Source: Chiloscyllium plagiosum
Lineage: Eukaryota
Assembly (NCBI RefSeq): GCF_004010195.1
Contig: NC_057719.1
Location: 47,927,748-47,969,331 of the forward strand
DNA length: 41,584 nt
Direction of reading: 5' to 3'
The notes under the pieces were generated by a model that had not been told where the DNA came from, did not search any database, and was given only the letters and a program-made list of their open reading frames with translations. Below, in pieces: positions 1 through 13,063 of this stretch (positions are counted from its first letter, which is position 1; each line of letters begins with the position of its first letter). The position numbers and the translations under genes are program-made.

Positions 1-332
1 CAAGGATTTTTCCCTGGAGTGATGGAGTTCAGAACTAGAGGGCATAAATTTAGGGTGAGAGGGGAAGGATATGAAAGGGACCTAAGGGACAACTTTTTCA
101 CATAGAGGGTGGTAGGTGTATGAAATGAGCTGCCAGAGGAAGTGGTGGAGACTAGTATAATTACAGCATTTAAAAAAGGCATCTGGATGGTTATGAGTAG
201 GCAGGGTTAAGAGGGATATGGGCCAAGTGCTGGCAAATAGGATTAGATTAGGTTAGAATATCTAGTCGGCATGGATGGATTGGACCGAAGGGTCTGTTTC
301 TGTACTGTATGCCTCTATGACTATGACTCTAT
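1..332 (+). mobile_element. CR1/HER1-like LINE, 3' end (cut by window edge)
   Basis: Typical CR1 ORF2 C-terminus/3'UTR (agaactagagggcat..., aactttttcaca.agagggtggt, gaccgaagggtctgtttc) ending in a tctatgactatgactctat tail. Similar to other copies in this window. Confidence 0.85.
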
Positions 333-344
333 TTAGGATGGATA

Positions 345-795
345 TTGAACCTTAGACAGTGCACAAAAGGAGAATGGTAACAGTAATGAGAGATTTTAGA
401 TACAAGGAAAGATTAGAGAGAAATTGATTTGATTCTTCGTTGCAGGGAAATTTAAGTGGTGATCTTATTGACATGTTCAAAATTGTAAGCAATTTTCATA
501 GGGTAAAGAAGGATATTCTTTTCTACTGGTTGGTATATCATTAGCTAGGAATCACAATTTCAAGATTGTCAGAGAGCCAAAAGTCAGATTTACTCAGTTG
601 TTAGGATTTAGAATCTGCTGCCTGGAAGAGTGGTGTCAGAATGGGGAGCTTTTCTCTAACTGGAGTCATACCTAGCACAAAAATAGTTGTGGTTATTGAA
701 AGGTAATTTTCTCAGTACTAGGACATTGCCCTGAGAAACTCCTGCAGCAATGTCAAGTCCAATCGTCTTCAGCTGCCTCATCTATGGTCTTCCTT
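345..795 (+). mobile_element. Decayed LINE fragments: old CR1 piece (~345-640) and a piece of the second LINE family (~640-795)
   Basis: Degenerate similarity to the CR1 ORF2 3' region. ggagtcatacctagcaca and tcttcagctgcctcatc match 25866-25990 in this window. Confidence 0.45.
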
Positions 796-1296
796 ATATC
801 AAGTACTACACTGTCAACATCTGATAAAGCAGGACCAGAGAGCCAAGGGCAAATAGAGAATGAAATTCTGTCAGTAAATGTGAAAAAGTTATACACTGTC
901 AAAGTTGTCAACACGCGTGTCAACCTTTGAACCTTAAAAAAAAATCTTAAAACAGAGTTTGACGGAAACAGAACAAAGTGAACCATCAGTGTAGATGGCC
1001 ACCATTTTGAAATAACAACGTAAAATGCAAAGAGAGGGTTTTCTTAAATTATTATGCATCTTCTCAACACAGGTTGTATCATTGCTTGATCTCTCATAGC
1101 CAGTTGTAGGATTCTGATAAGTAAAGCATGCATTTGTGCAATGAAAAATTGAAACTGCTAATGAGAGTAGCATGTCATAGCTAAACAAATGGTGGAGTTG
1201 ACTTAAATGCCAAATATATGCAAAACACAATGTATAGTTATGGTATTGCCAACATAACCTAGAATCACCTCAATTCACCTCAATTTCAAGCCTGTA

Positions 1297-2009
1297 AGAA
1301 CATAGAACATAGAAGAATACAGCGCAGTACAGGCCCTTCGGCCCTCGATGTTGCGCCGATCCAAGCCCACCTAACCTACACTAGCCCACTATCCTCCATA
1401 TGCCTATCCAATGCCCGCTTAAATGCCCATAATGAGGGAAAGTCCACCACTGCTACTGGCAGGGCATTCCATGAACTCACGACTCGCTGAGTAAAGAACC
1501 TACCCCTAACATCTGTCCTATTCCTCATACGGTCTTCCTTCCATACCAGGCAACATCCTGGTAAACCTCCTCTGCACCCGTTCCAGTGCCTCCACATCCT
1601 TCCTATAGTATGGCGACCAAAACTGCACACAATACTCCAGATGCGGCTGCACCAAAGTCTTATACATCTGCAACATGACCTCAGGACTCCGGAACTCAAT
1701 TCGTCTACCAATAAAAGCCAGTACGCCATATGCCTTCCTCACTGCACTATTTACCTGGGTGGCAACTTTCAGAGATTTGTGTACATGGACACCAAGATCC
1801 CTCTGCTCATCCACATTACCAAGTATCCGACCATTAGCCCAGTACCCCATCTTTTTATTACTCTTACCAAAGTGAATCACCTCACACTTAGCTACATTGA
1901 ACTCCATTTGCCACATTTCTGCCCAGTTCTGCAGCTTATCTATATCCCGCTGTAACCTGCCATATCCTTCCTCACTGTCTACAACTCCTCCGACTTTCGT
2001 ATCATCCGC
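1297..2009 (-). mobile_element. Young 5'-truncated CR1 LINE with internal deletion near 1520
   Basis: ORF 1518..2102 reads ADDTKVGGVVDSEE...LEYCVQFWSPYYRKDVEALERVQRRFTRMLPG (RT C-terminal half). The 3' tail appears as agaacat repeats on the + strand at ~1297. Confidence 0.93.
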
Positions 2010-2599
2010 AGAAATGGGGTAAGTGGATGTAATTTCACAAAACGTTAGGAGAAACAATAAGTGACTGAATTGAAATTTGATATCTGCACATGATCTGAAC
2101 ACACGAAATAGGAAAATATTTTCTTGGCTATTAATTCCATGGTACTAATTAGAATATTTCAGTCTGTCTTAGAATCCTGTGAAGATGTTTTTCTTAAAAC
2201 AGAATAAACTTGTTATTTTGGTGACATGCTGCATGATTTTTCTCATTTTATCTTTTCTTTTTTGTCATCTTCAAATTTCTTGTTCATTGCAAGTTTAAGC
2301 AGAATTGTCAAAATTCTAAATGCAAAATTCTAAAATCTGCACCCTTTTCTCCTATAGTACAAATTATTCTGGTTTGAAATTTGGCCTTTTTGCATTTGTC
2401 CTGATGAATTCAAGTCAAAAAGCTTCAAAATGATGTTGTCTCTCTTTTTAGCAATACTCAAGTACCAATTTTATTTTCTGCTGCAGTTAGACTCCTCAGT
2501 TTCATTGATACATACCTGGGCCTCCAAGTTTTCATTCTACATTAAGACCATAAGCTAAGTCAGTCATGAATAGGCTCCTAACAATGTGAATTAACAGCT

Positions 2600-3570
2600 G
2601 TAAATTAATAACTAAGATTAGTCAAAGTGTGGGCCACTTAACAGACAAGGATAGGAGAAATGATATGGAATAAGGAAATTGCAGAGAAATGAAACTTCGT
2701 TTCTGGCTTTATGGTAGAAACACGTTAACCTCTCTGGAAATAGTGAGGAATCATGTTTAGTGATAAGTAGAAACTTGAAGGAATCAGTATGAATAGTTTG
2801 AAAAGAAAGAAAAATTTATGGGCCTAATAGCTATGAAACTGCTGATGGCTTACATCTTAAGTTTTTATAAAAGGTGACTAGAGATGGTGAACAGTGAATT
2901 TGGTTATTCAGAATGCCCTAGATTTTTGAATGCTTCTTGATTGGAAATGTAAAATTTGTAATCCTGGTATTCAAAAATGAGGTGTCAGAAACAGAATTTC
3001 AGGCCACAGCCGGAGATCAGTAGTGAGAACAGTGCTAAGATCTATTATTGGGAACACAGTGGCAGGATACTTTAAAAATGTTATTAAATCAAGTTGGTAC
3101 GAATCTACAGAATGGAAGTTAGTTCTAACAGATTTTTCCAGTCTATTTGCGTTTGAAGTTGTAAGTGACAAGACAGATAAGGGGAACCCTGTAGATATGT
3201 ACTTGCAACTTCAAAATTCATTTAATAAAAGGTGGTAAAAAGAGGCTATTATACAAAAAAAAAGGGCTCCTGGGACTGGGGGCAATATTAACATAGATTG
3301 AGGATTGGTTACAAACAAGCTAAGTAAAAATTGCAAATTATTCATAGAATGACAAATTACTGCAAGATTCAAAGCTTGGGCGTCAGGTACTTGCACTCCA
3401 GGAACATATCAATGACTTGACTAAGAGATGATTTGTGTGTTGGTTGATGATACAAAGACAGGTGGAGAGTAAGCTGTAGGTTGGATGCAAAGGAGCTTCA
3501 GAAAGGGATGTTGACAGATTTAAAGAATTGGCACAAAGCTGGCAGAATAAACATCAAGTTGTATGAAGTT
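2600..3570 (+). mobile_element. Highly decayed CR1 ORF2 fragment
   Basis: Remnant motifs (DKGNPVDMYL, gatgatacaaag = DDTK) lie in the same order as in the younger copy at 18300-19330. Confidence 0.6.
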
Positions 3571-3789
3571 AAACTCACCGTCAGTCACCTGTTTTTACTG
3601 ACAATGCAACCTGTAATCTTCTGGGACTAATGTGAACTTTCACTTATTCCAGATTTGCAGAGATTTCTTAAGTTTATTGATACTGTCTTGCAGTATAATT
3701 GGAGTTAAATTATTCATTGCATTAGAAACAAGAGTTTTTTAAAAAAAGAAAACTGCTGTGCTTAGCAATATATGTGTTTTATATATATG

Positions 3790-4300
3790 TGTGACAAAGA
3801 GACAGAATCATCCAGAAGGTCAGGCAGATCAAGGTGCTGTTAGTTAAGCAGTTTTGAAAAATATCGAGCTACAAAAAAGCTCTAAAGTCTCTTAGAAGAA
3901 ATCTCCAAAGGCTGAAGATTCCTGGAAGCTGAAGGTATAGAAAATCCAAATACTTGTTTAGAGAGTTTCAGTAAGAAGAAAGCTCCAGACACCAATTACA
4001 TCAAAGCCAACTAAACAACAAACTTTAAAGTGAGAGTGTCTGTCAAGTCGCCATTGAGGATAAAAGGGTTGTATCTTTGTTTCTGATATTTGTTATAAGA
4101 GCATTTCAAATTCTCTAATATATTGTAAAAGAGTTTATGTCTTTTCCCTTGTGTAATGAACTTTGGCAACCTCTTCAGAATATGTTCAGTGACTGAACAA
4201 CAGAGTCAACAAATAGCAAAAATAAAAAAACTTATAGTCTATTGAGGTTTTACGCTGGGATCTAACATGTCCAAGATTAGCATCAAGTGGGATCACAGCA
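3790..4300 (+). mobile_element. Possible solo LTR
   Basis: TGTGAC...CAGCA termini with TATG/TAAG flanks (4-bp TSD with one mismatch), ~510 bp long. The 3' end ctgggatct...gggatcacagca resembles LTR ends. Confidence 0.4.
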
Positions 4301-5734
4301 TAAGAAGACATTGCTATATTATTTCAAAAGCTGGAAATGCCTTAATTAAACAACCTATTGTAATTACAGAAAGACCCTAAATGATCCAAAGGAAAATGGC
4401 CTTTAATTGTAGAGCTCTGCTTTACAGTGTGGGAACAATAACAAGTGTATTAAACAGAAACAAAATCTGAAGGACTTCAGTAACCATTTACTACAGAAAC
4501 CCTGGTTCACCCCAAAAAAGCTAAAAAAAGGCAATATATTGTTTATTTCTGAGTTACACATGTATAAGGCTAGGCCATAAAATGGGGCTCAAAATTATAC
4601 ATGTGATATAGGGTTGCAGAAAGCAATCTTCGATTTCTTTCAACAATCCAGGTGTTAAAAGTCTGCTGCTTGGAAACATAAGTAGGATTGCAAATGAATT
4701 CAAATGCTAATCCAAAATTCAATTTTTATGCAGATTAGCAAAGTCACAAGTACTCAATTTCTTTCTTTTGCTCAAATAATTTGGCACAGAACTCAAAAAT
4801 ACTTGTTAAAAACCCAACTAACTGTAGTTCTCCTCTCCAAAAGAAGGCACTCTGAAAAGGAGGCCTTGATAGAACATGCAACCTCTGCATTCAAAAATGG
4901 ACAGACATGGTATAACTAACTATATTTATAACAAATGCATTCAAGAAGGTGAAGAGCAAAGAGATTGCCAAGTGATACATTATGGGTTTTTAATTCATAG
5001 GATTACTTTCAGTATCAACTATTTCACTAACGGGAATACTTTAATGATCTTGGCTTGGATCAATGCAACTGGTTTGATACACTCGTGCAGATTTTTTTTT
5101 AGAAAAGTGTGTAGGTGATCTTTGAAATTAAGTTGTACTGAGAAAGTATAAAATTATCTAAATTCAGACTAAACCCTAATCTTCTATCACCAGGAGCCTT
5201 GCCAGCCTTCATTGCTCCCATTTCTCCAAGACATGAAAATCCTTGTCATGAATTAATGATTTGCCCGCCCATTTATAGAAATAATGGTTTCTTAATGCCT
5301 GCACGCTTCACTCTGGGCGACTATGCGTCCTCCAAACTAAATTTGCATTACAACTGAAATGTTCTCTCCAAATCAGTCTTGCCTTGTTATCAATGTTCAA
5401 CACCTTGGATTACAAATACAATCACCCCAAAATCTGCCCTCCATGTCTAGTTCTTCCCCCATTCCAACACCCCAAGTAGTGTTAAGGCATTTTACTGTAG
5501 AAAATGAGCAATAGAAATGCATGTTCTATTAATTTCAAACCTCAAAATCCACTGTTGAAAGTTGCTATTCACTGGCCATTTCGATACTTAGACCTACAAA
5601 ACATTCCAGTAGATTCAAATGAATATCTTTCAAAACAAAAAATAGTTGAAATCAACAATGAATAATGAAATGAAATTGAACCATTTAAGCCTGAAATGGA
5701 AGTACAAGAAAGCCAGTCCTGGAGTATTCTGTAC

Positions 5735-5902
5735 CTGCTGAATTGTTGGTGGGTGAGAACCAACCCTTCTAATCTGATGGGGAATTTCACATCACAACTT
5801 CCAACCATGTTTTGGATTTTAAAATCAAGAAACTTCGCTGGAAATCCGAGTTTCTGAACAACACGTGCATATTTCCTAGCTGCTAATCGAGACTGTTCTT
5901 CA
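5735..5902 (-). CDS. tbpl2: TBP-family coding exon, 168 nt: (S)[55 protein letters not shown](S)
   Basis: Hand translation gives the TBP core repeat junction. Acceptor cctaacag| and donor |gtacag. Phase is continuous with the preceding exon. Confidence 0.95.
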
Positions 5903-6019
5903 CTGTTAGGATGAAGAAAAGAGATGCCTGTTAATTAAAATCACGGACATACATCCTGAGTAACTTTCCACAAATTGTGTCGAACTTCAGTGTTTCAAAA
6001 CAGAAACAAGATATTATAC

Positions 6020-6111
6020 CTTTTGGCTCCAGTGCAAACCATCTTGCCTGAACTGAAGATTAACGCTGTCGTTCTGGGCTCTCTTATTCGCATTATCACT
6101 GCAGCAAACCG
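6020..6111 (-). CDS. tbpl2: TBP-family coding exon, 92 nt: [30 protein letters not shown](S)
   Basis: Matches the TBP/TBPL2 core. Acceptor ttaatag| and donor |gtataa. Followed by a 117-nt intron. Confidence 0.95.
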
Positions 6112-6299
6112 CTATTAAGCACAAGTTAGAACAAACTTAGGTCTAGGTGATAAACAATCTACGTCTTTAATACCAGACTGTAAACATTTTTTAAAAGCTG
6201 CAAAAAAAAAGTACTCTGACTCAAACTTATGAAAAGTTGACAAAATTAAATTGAAAACTGCAGATAAGAAATAATTACATTTGGATGCATAGTTTAAAG

Positions 6300-6550
6300 A
6301 TGAAGGATCTCCTTTCTAAGGTTTGATAAGGAGCCACTTTCTTTCTCTCAGAGCATTGTCAATTTATGGAATTCTCTTCCCTGGAGGTTGGGTCATTGAA
6401 TATATTCAAGGCTGAGTTAGACAGATTTTTGATTGTCAAGGCACAGGGATACACAGAAAAGGGAGGTTGAGGCTACAAATCAGATCAGCCATGCTTTCAC
6501 CAAATGGCAAAACAGGCTTGAAGGATTGAATGGCCTACTCCTACTTGCAA
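6300..6550 (+). mobile_element. Old CR1 3' end fragment
   Basis: Contains tggaattctct..., atattcaaggctgagttagacagattttt, cagatcagccatg and gaatggcctactcct 3'-end motifs. Confidence 0.65.
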
Positions 6551-7574
6551 TTTTCACTTTTTTGTGTATTTTGGAAAGGAATCCAAAATAATTGGAATAC
6601 ACAAAATGAACATAAGTTATAGCACCCTCTTTTATTTATTGTTAAATTTGCTGAATCAACCTTTTTGACTCAACATTATATGGTACACTGCACCCCTACA
6701 TACTTCTCTATGGATACCAAAATCTATTTTGTTTTTAATTCATTGGATGTAGGCATGGCTACTAGGCCAGCATTCATTGCCCATCTACTCTCAAGCTCCC
6801 TCAGTTGAGCAAAAGGGCAGTAGATATCTCAAAGCTCATCCAAGTCACCGTTATTCATGAGGCAGTCTTGACTGCTAGCTCAATCAATTTACATAAAAGG
6901 GCAAGGACAATGGTTCAAATATTGTCCCAAATCTCTATTTTCCCCATTTAGAATTAGATAGTTAATGGTGTTTGAGGTGGGATCTCTGCCTGTTACTTTT
7001 CTAGATTCTGGTGATTATCCTAACCAGAAATGGATAGTTGAAGTAAATCAGTGCAGATTAGAGATAAGATCCAAGATCATTCTTCGCACAATGTCTAACG
7101 TTCCTTGTACAAAGCCTTGGTTTTACCAAGAAACGATTACAAACCTATTCCTAAATGTTTGTCAATGGTATCTAAAATGGCCATAAAAAGGGGAGCAAGT
7201 CTCAAACCAGAGAACCTATGAACTTCAAATTTCCAGCATCTCTAATGGCCTAGCCAAGACCAAAAACTCTCAAAATCAAATAAACATTCTCAGTCATATA
7301 CCTTAAACTTGTACTGTAATCTTTTCTGATCCATTAGGAAAAATGTTCTGAATTTACCTTTCCTATAATACAACTGACTCGCATATATTAACATTTGCTA
7401 CCGAAGATCAAGGGTAATATTTTGCCATCATCTAACTTGTAGATAATGCAGTGGATTAGAAAAAAAGTTTTTACTTTTTTAATCTAATTTAACAGGATGC
7501 AAGATTGAAGCTCTTAGTGATGGAAAAAAAATGAATTAGCACATGAAACATTAATACCCTGTTTGAAAAATTAC

Positions 7575-7662
7575 CTTTGGATTATATTCAGCATTTCTTG
7601 CACATAAAGCTATTCTCTTCAGGTCCAATTTGCAGGCCAAATTAACAGTGGAAACAATATTT
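7575..7662 (-). CDS. tbpl2: TBP-family coding exon, 88 nt: (Q)[29 protein letters not shown]
   Basis: Acceptor tctttattttttccacag| and donor AAG|gtaatt. NLACKLDL (Ala) is TBPL2-type, whereas vertebrate TBP has NLGCKLDL. Confidence 0.95.
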
Positions 7663-7894
7663 CTGTGGAAAAAATAAAGAAACCTAAAAGGTTATGTACT
7701 CTAAATCTGCACAAGCATTTTGAACAGTTGTACCCAAAAGTCAAGATCACAAATTTCTAACTAAACTGATTGTTAGTGTACTTCAAATCTCTTCCACTCA
7801 TGCACAGGCAGGTGTACACTCACAAAATGGGCAGATTGCAAACTTTAGCCTCTTTAGGATTGGAAGCAGGTCAGAGACATTCATTAGATTTATT

Positions 7895-8390
7895 CAGAGA
7901 TGAAAGGCTTGTTTTACGAGGAGGGGTTGAGCAGTTTCAGCCTATACTCACCAGAAGTTAGAAGGATGAGAAGATATACAAGTGGAAACTGAATTGAGAT
8001 TTAAAGATGCTAAAGGGGATTGACAAAGTAGGTGTAGAAAGAATGTTTCCTCGTGTTTGATTTATCCTAGGATTCTCTGGGAAGCAAGGGAGGAGATTGC
8101 AGATAGAAAGAATGTTTCCTCGTGTTGGGTAATCCAGAATGAGAAGTCAGGTTTAGGATAAGGGGTAGCAGATTTAAAACAGAGATAAGGAAGAATTACT
8201 TCTCTTAAAGGGTCGTGAATTTGTGGCTTTCACTACCCCAGACTGCGGCGACATTAAAAATCCATTTCAAATTTATTCAAATAGTTATGGGAGCAGCAGG
8301 AAAGTGAAGTTGAGGCAGTGCTGAGATCAGTCATGATTGTATTGAAATACAGAACAGGCACAAGAGGCTGAATTGCCAACTCCTGCTCAG
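7895..8390 (+). mobile_element. Old CR1 3' fragment containing a small templated insertion
   Basis: CR1 3'-region motifs (aggaagaattacttctct, gagatcagtcatgat, ggctgaattgccaactcctgctc). Confidence 0.7.
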
Positions 8391-8984
8391 AGTGCTGAAG
8401 TTCTTGTCAACTTAGGTTACTTAGATAAACACATTTCCCACTATTGAAGATTGACAAAATTCCTACTAGGTGAAACTTCAATTCTCTTAAGTCAACCCAG
8501 TGATACCAATCCAGGGGCTTGGCCAAGCACAGCCAGTGGGAATGGTCAGAGTTGCAATCCTGCGAGGAGCCAAATATTGGACAGCACAATATTTGACTTG
8601 ACTCTTTCCATTTTCCTCTTTGAAGGAGAGGGAGGAAGATATGAAAGGAGAAGAAACTATGTGGTACAACTCTTTCTTTGGTACAGATGTGTGAGCGATT
8701 AGACAGCACAGAAGGCATGCAGGTTTAGTGGTACGTGACAACAAAGTAAGCAAAGATATTACAGGCAAGAGTGAGACCGGTAGATGGGAGGCAGAGACAT
8801 AGTCGTGCGACAATACATGATTTCAAAGGGGATTTGTTCTGTCCTGTTTCTCTTAAAGGGTGTTGTAAACCTGGTGCTGAAGTGTTCTATCGAAAGCAGA
8901 GTAAATAGCTTTGCTTTTTTAAAAATGTAGACAAAAGAAGCACAAGTGGGTAGAGTCAGGCTCACACAGACCCAGGATTTTATA

Positions 8985-10468
8985 CAGTCAGAATCACACA
9001 GCATGGAAACAGACGCTTCGGTCCAACCAGTCCATGCCCAAGATAATCCCAAACTAAACTAGCCCCATCTGGCTCCTCCTGGCCTATATCTCTCCAAACC
9101 TTTCCTATTTATGTACTTGTCTAAGTATCTTTTAAACAATGTAACTGTGCCTCCATCCACACTTCCTCAGGAAGGCTCATTCCACACGCAAACCACCATC
9201 CTGTATAAAAGGTTTGGCCCCTCATGTGTTTTTTAAATCTCTCTCTTTAAAAATATGCCCCCAGTCTTGAAATTCCAAAGGAAAAGGCACCTATTTTTAA
9301 CCCTACCTATACCCACCATGATTTTATAAAACTAACCTCTGTAAGGTAACCTCTCAACCACATACATTCCAGTGTAAAAGAAAATCACAGCCTTTCTTTA
9401 TAACTTAAACTTTCCACACCTGGCAACATCCTGATAAATCGCTTTGGAACCCTCTCTAGCTTAATAATATCCTTCCTTTAACTGGGCGATCAGAACTGGA
9501 CAAAATACTCCAGCAGAGGCCTCACCAATGTCCTGTACAACCTCAACTTGATGTCCCAACTCCAATACTCAAAAGAACTGAGCAATAAAGGCAAGCGTGC
9601 TAAACACCTTTACAACCACCCTGTCGATAAGTGATGCAAACTTCAAAAGAATCATGTCCCTGAACACCTCTGTTCTGCAACACTACCCATTGCCTCAATT
9701 AATTGTATAAGCCCTACCCTTGTTTGTTGCCTCAAAATGCAGTACCTTGTGATTATCTACATTGAACGCAATCTGCCATTTTTCAGCCCATTGACCCATC
9801 TGATCAAGATCCCTTTGTAATCTTAGAAAATGTCCTTCACTGTCTACTATGCCACCAACTTTCGTGTCATTTGCAAACTTACTAACCATAAAAGGATGTT
9901 GCCAGGGGTGGAGGATTTGAGCAAGAGGGAGAGGTTGAATAGGCTAGGGCTGTTTTCCCTGGAGCGTCGGAGGCTGAGGGATGACTTTAACGGTGGTTTA
10001 TAAAATCATGAGGGGCATTAATAGGATAAATAGACAAAGTCTTTTCCCTGGGGTGGGGGAGAACAGAACTAGTGGGCATCGGTTTAGGGTGAGAGGGGAA
10101 AGATATAAAAGAGACAATTGCAACATTTAAATGGCATCTGCATGGGTATATGAATAGGAAGGGTTTGGAGGGATATGGGTGGGGTGCTGGCATGTGGGAC
10201 TAGACTGGGTCGGGATATCTGGTCTGCTTGGACCAAAGAGTCTGTTTCCGTGCTGTACATCTCTATGACTTTATGTCTTCTATATTCTCATCCAAAGCAT
10301 TTATAGGAATGACAAACCAAAGGGGATGTAGAACCCAATCCCTGTGGAACACTGCTGGTGACAGGCCTCCAGTCTGAAAAGCACTTCAACTCTGTCTCCT
10401 GCCATTAAGCCAATTATGCATCCAATTGGTATTTTGCCCTGAATCCTACGTGACCGAACTTTACTGAA
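8985..10468 (-). mobile_element. CR1 LINE (3' end plus RT region) interrupted by an opposite-strand CR1 copy
   Basis: ORF 9695..9889 reads MVSKFANDTKVGGIVDSEG.... The sequence resumes collinearly at ~10275-10468. Confidence 0.85.
9891..10272 (+). mobile_element. Short 5'-truncated CR1 3' fragment nested in the minus-strand CR1
   Basis: Runs from aggatgttgccaggg to the gtacatctctatgact tail. Confidence 0.85.
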
Positions 10469-10677
10469 TTAGTTTTGCTTTCACTTGTTGAAGTTGTAGT
10501 TTTGGAATTGAAGCTGCTAGATATAGTTGTTTCTCTGCTGCTAGCTTCATTCTTTCGGTTTCTTTCCTCTCCTAGACTGGAGGAGGTAGAAAGTGAGGGA
10601 AATCTGTTTTGCTGTTTTTGCCTTTGCCAATGATGTGTTTATGGGATGCTGCTATTTTGAAACAGTTGAAGCGTAGC

Positions 10678-11180
10678 AGAGTCATAGAGATGTACAGCAT
10701 GAAACAGACCCTTCGGTCCAACCCGTCCATGCCGACCAGATATCCCAACCCAATCTAGTCCCACCTGCCAGCACCCGGCCCATATCCCTCCAAATCCTTC
10801 CTATTCATATATCCATCCAAATGCCTCTTAAAGATTGCAATTGTACCAGCCTCCACCACATTGTCTGGCAGCTCATTCCATACACGTACCATCCTCTGCG
10901 TGAAAAAGTTGCCCCTTAGGTCTCTTTTATATCTTTCCCCTCTCACCCTAAACCTATGCCCTCTAGTTCTGGACTCCCCGGCCCCAGGGAAAAAGACTTT
11001 GCCTATTTACCCTATCCATGTCCCTCATAATTTTGTAAACCTCTATAAGGTCACCCCTCAGCCTCCGACACTCCAGGGTAAACAGCTCCAACCTGTTCAG
11101 CCTCTTCCTATAGCTCAAATCCTCCAATCCTGGCAACATCCTCGTAAATCTTTTCTGAACCCTTTCAAGTTTCACAACAT
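10678..11180 (-). mobile_element. Young 5'-truncated CR1 3' fragment
   Basis: ORFs 10963..11175 (KLERVQKRFTRMLPGLE) and 10755..10946 (RGNFFTQRMVRVWNELP), plus the tail. Confidence 0.92.
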
Positions 11181-11182
11181 AT

Positions 11183-11363
11183 GTTGTGAGTTCAAGCCCA
11201 ATTCCACATATTCGAGTATATAATCTAGGCTGACACTAAAATGCAGTACTCAGGATGTTCTTTGTTCAGGGTGTCCTTCAACTGACACTCATAACTGACC
11301 TGGGGTGATACTGAACCCACAACTTCCATTAATCACAGACAAAAGTGCTACCTACAAAGCCAC
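11183..11363. mobile_element. Two decayed tRNA-derived SINE pieces in opposite orientation
   Basis: B-box-like gagttcaagcc on +, and gtggct...ggtagc...gggttcagt on -. Confidence 0.4.
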
Positions 11364-12522
11364 TTGCTGACTGTGAAGAGCAAATTAGATTGATTGTGGT
11401 TGTCACTTGTGTATTAAATTGAGGGATGCAGCAGGAAGACTGAAGTGAGGGGAAAGGTTCCACAGTTTGGTTTCTGAGTGGAGTTAGGGAGAATAAGAGC
11501 TGATGGCTTTAGCCTTGGCAAAACCAGGGATAAGGAGAGGGAATATGACTTATTCAGAACTTCAGGTTACTCTGAAAGTTGATGCACCCACTCCCACAGT
11601 TCAGTAATCAGTGTTTATGGTCTGGAGCTTTCAAATCATCTCATACACAGAGGTGGGTGAAGAATAGCACTTTGAACGTGTGCAGCAAGGCCACTTGTTA
11701 CTCAATCCCACTTCCTGCCAAAGGGTCCAAATGTGGAGAGGTAAATTCAGCAAATTTGAACTCTTAATTCTCCTTAAAAACCACACACCCAGGTTGATCT
11801 TGCCTCAGCCCACAGTCTTCAACGCTTTCCATTTTCTCCCCCTTGGAGACACAACTTTTCACAGACTTCCCGATGAAGTTGTTCCTCAGAGTTTGTTGCT
11901 GTTCCTAACAGTCACTGATGGGGTAATGCTAATTACAATATGTCAGCCAGATGGAAAGAACGAGTAAAGGCAAGTCCAGAAAGTTTATCCATGGCTCCTG
12001 AAAAGTGCTGGTGACAGTTGCCAGAAGAAGCCTCTTTTTGAAACCCGGCCATGAAAATGCAGAGAGCTTAGTAAGCATATCAAAACTTAAACAAAATAAA
12101 ACAGAAGCAGGAGTGGGCCATTCAAACCCTTGAGCTCTGCTCCCCCATAAAGTGATGGCAGATGTGGCTTGAACTCCACTTGCCTGCTTGTCCCATTGAT
12201 TCCTGACCAGAACAAAATAACAATTGGGAATGTTTGGTACTAATCTGATGTGGAATTCCATTTACAAAGACCCAAGTTATTTCTAACTTCGCAGAGTCAT
12301 AGAGAATGAGAAGGAAGATATTCAGCCCATTGTGCTAGCACTGGTTCTAATCTCTAGTGCCAATCTTCTGCCTTTTCCCATATACCAGCTCAATATTTCA
12401 ATCCAAATACCATCCAATGCTCTCTTGAATGCCTCAATTGAATTTGCCTCCATCACATGTCCAGGCAGTGCATTCCATACTTTTCAGTTCTATCAGTTCC
12501 TCCTCAGTTCTTTTGTTAGTTT

Positions 12523-12642
12523 TAGAGCTTATGCTCGAAACACCAACTTCTCCTACTCCTCGGATGCTACTTGACCGGCTGTGCTTTTCCAGTGCCACAC
12601 GTTTTGACTCTGCTATCCAGCATCTGCAGTCCTCACTTTCTC
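12523..12642 (+). mobile_element. Penelope-like terminal (pLTR) fragment
   Basis: Similar to 24494-24606 and 41461-41565 (gcttatgc.cgaaac...ccagcatctgcagtcctcactttctc). Confidence 0.7.
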
Positions 12643-13063
12643 TTAGTCTTACCTGTCAATCAAAAGGATCTGTCTAGAATCATACAATACAAGAAGAGGC
12701 CCTTTGATCCATCAAGTCTGTACTGTAAAAAAAAACCTACAACCTACACTCGTCCCACCATCCCGCAGTAGGTGCATAGCTTTGAGTAGGAGATAGTGTC
12801 TACCTTAGCCTCCACTGGGGAAGACAATTCCAAACACTGAGAACCTTCTGAGGGATAAAATTCTTCTTCATCTCTGTCTTAAACAGGGGACTCCTTTTTT
12901 TGAAGTGATGTTCCCTAGTTCTAGATTCCCTCATGACTAAGAGAGGACAGAGAAATAGGAGAAGATAGGGGATGAAAGTAGATGAGAAATAGGTGCAATG
13001 GGAGTGGTCAGAGAATCAGAGAGGGTCTTCTCCTAGGCCCAGAAGTAGATCTAAGGATCCTCT

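Noticed and set aside
1..5734. Final tbpl2 exons (YEPELFPGLIYRM... and AK.R.EIYEAF...) and possible pseudogene status
   Set aside because: Not found by eye. The remaining exons are intact, so these probably lie left of the window.
5569..5808. [18 protein letters not shown]... as a standalone gene
   Set aside because: It is the 3' part of a tbpl2 exon reading through the donor at 5734 into intron.
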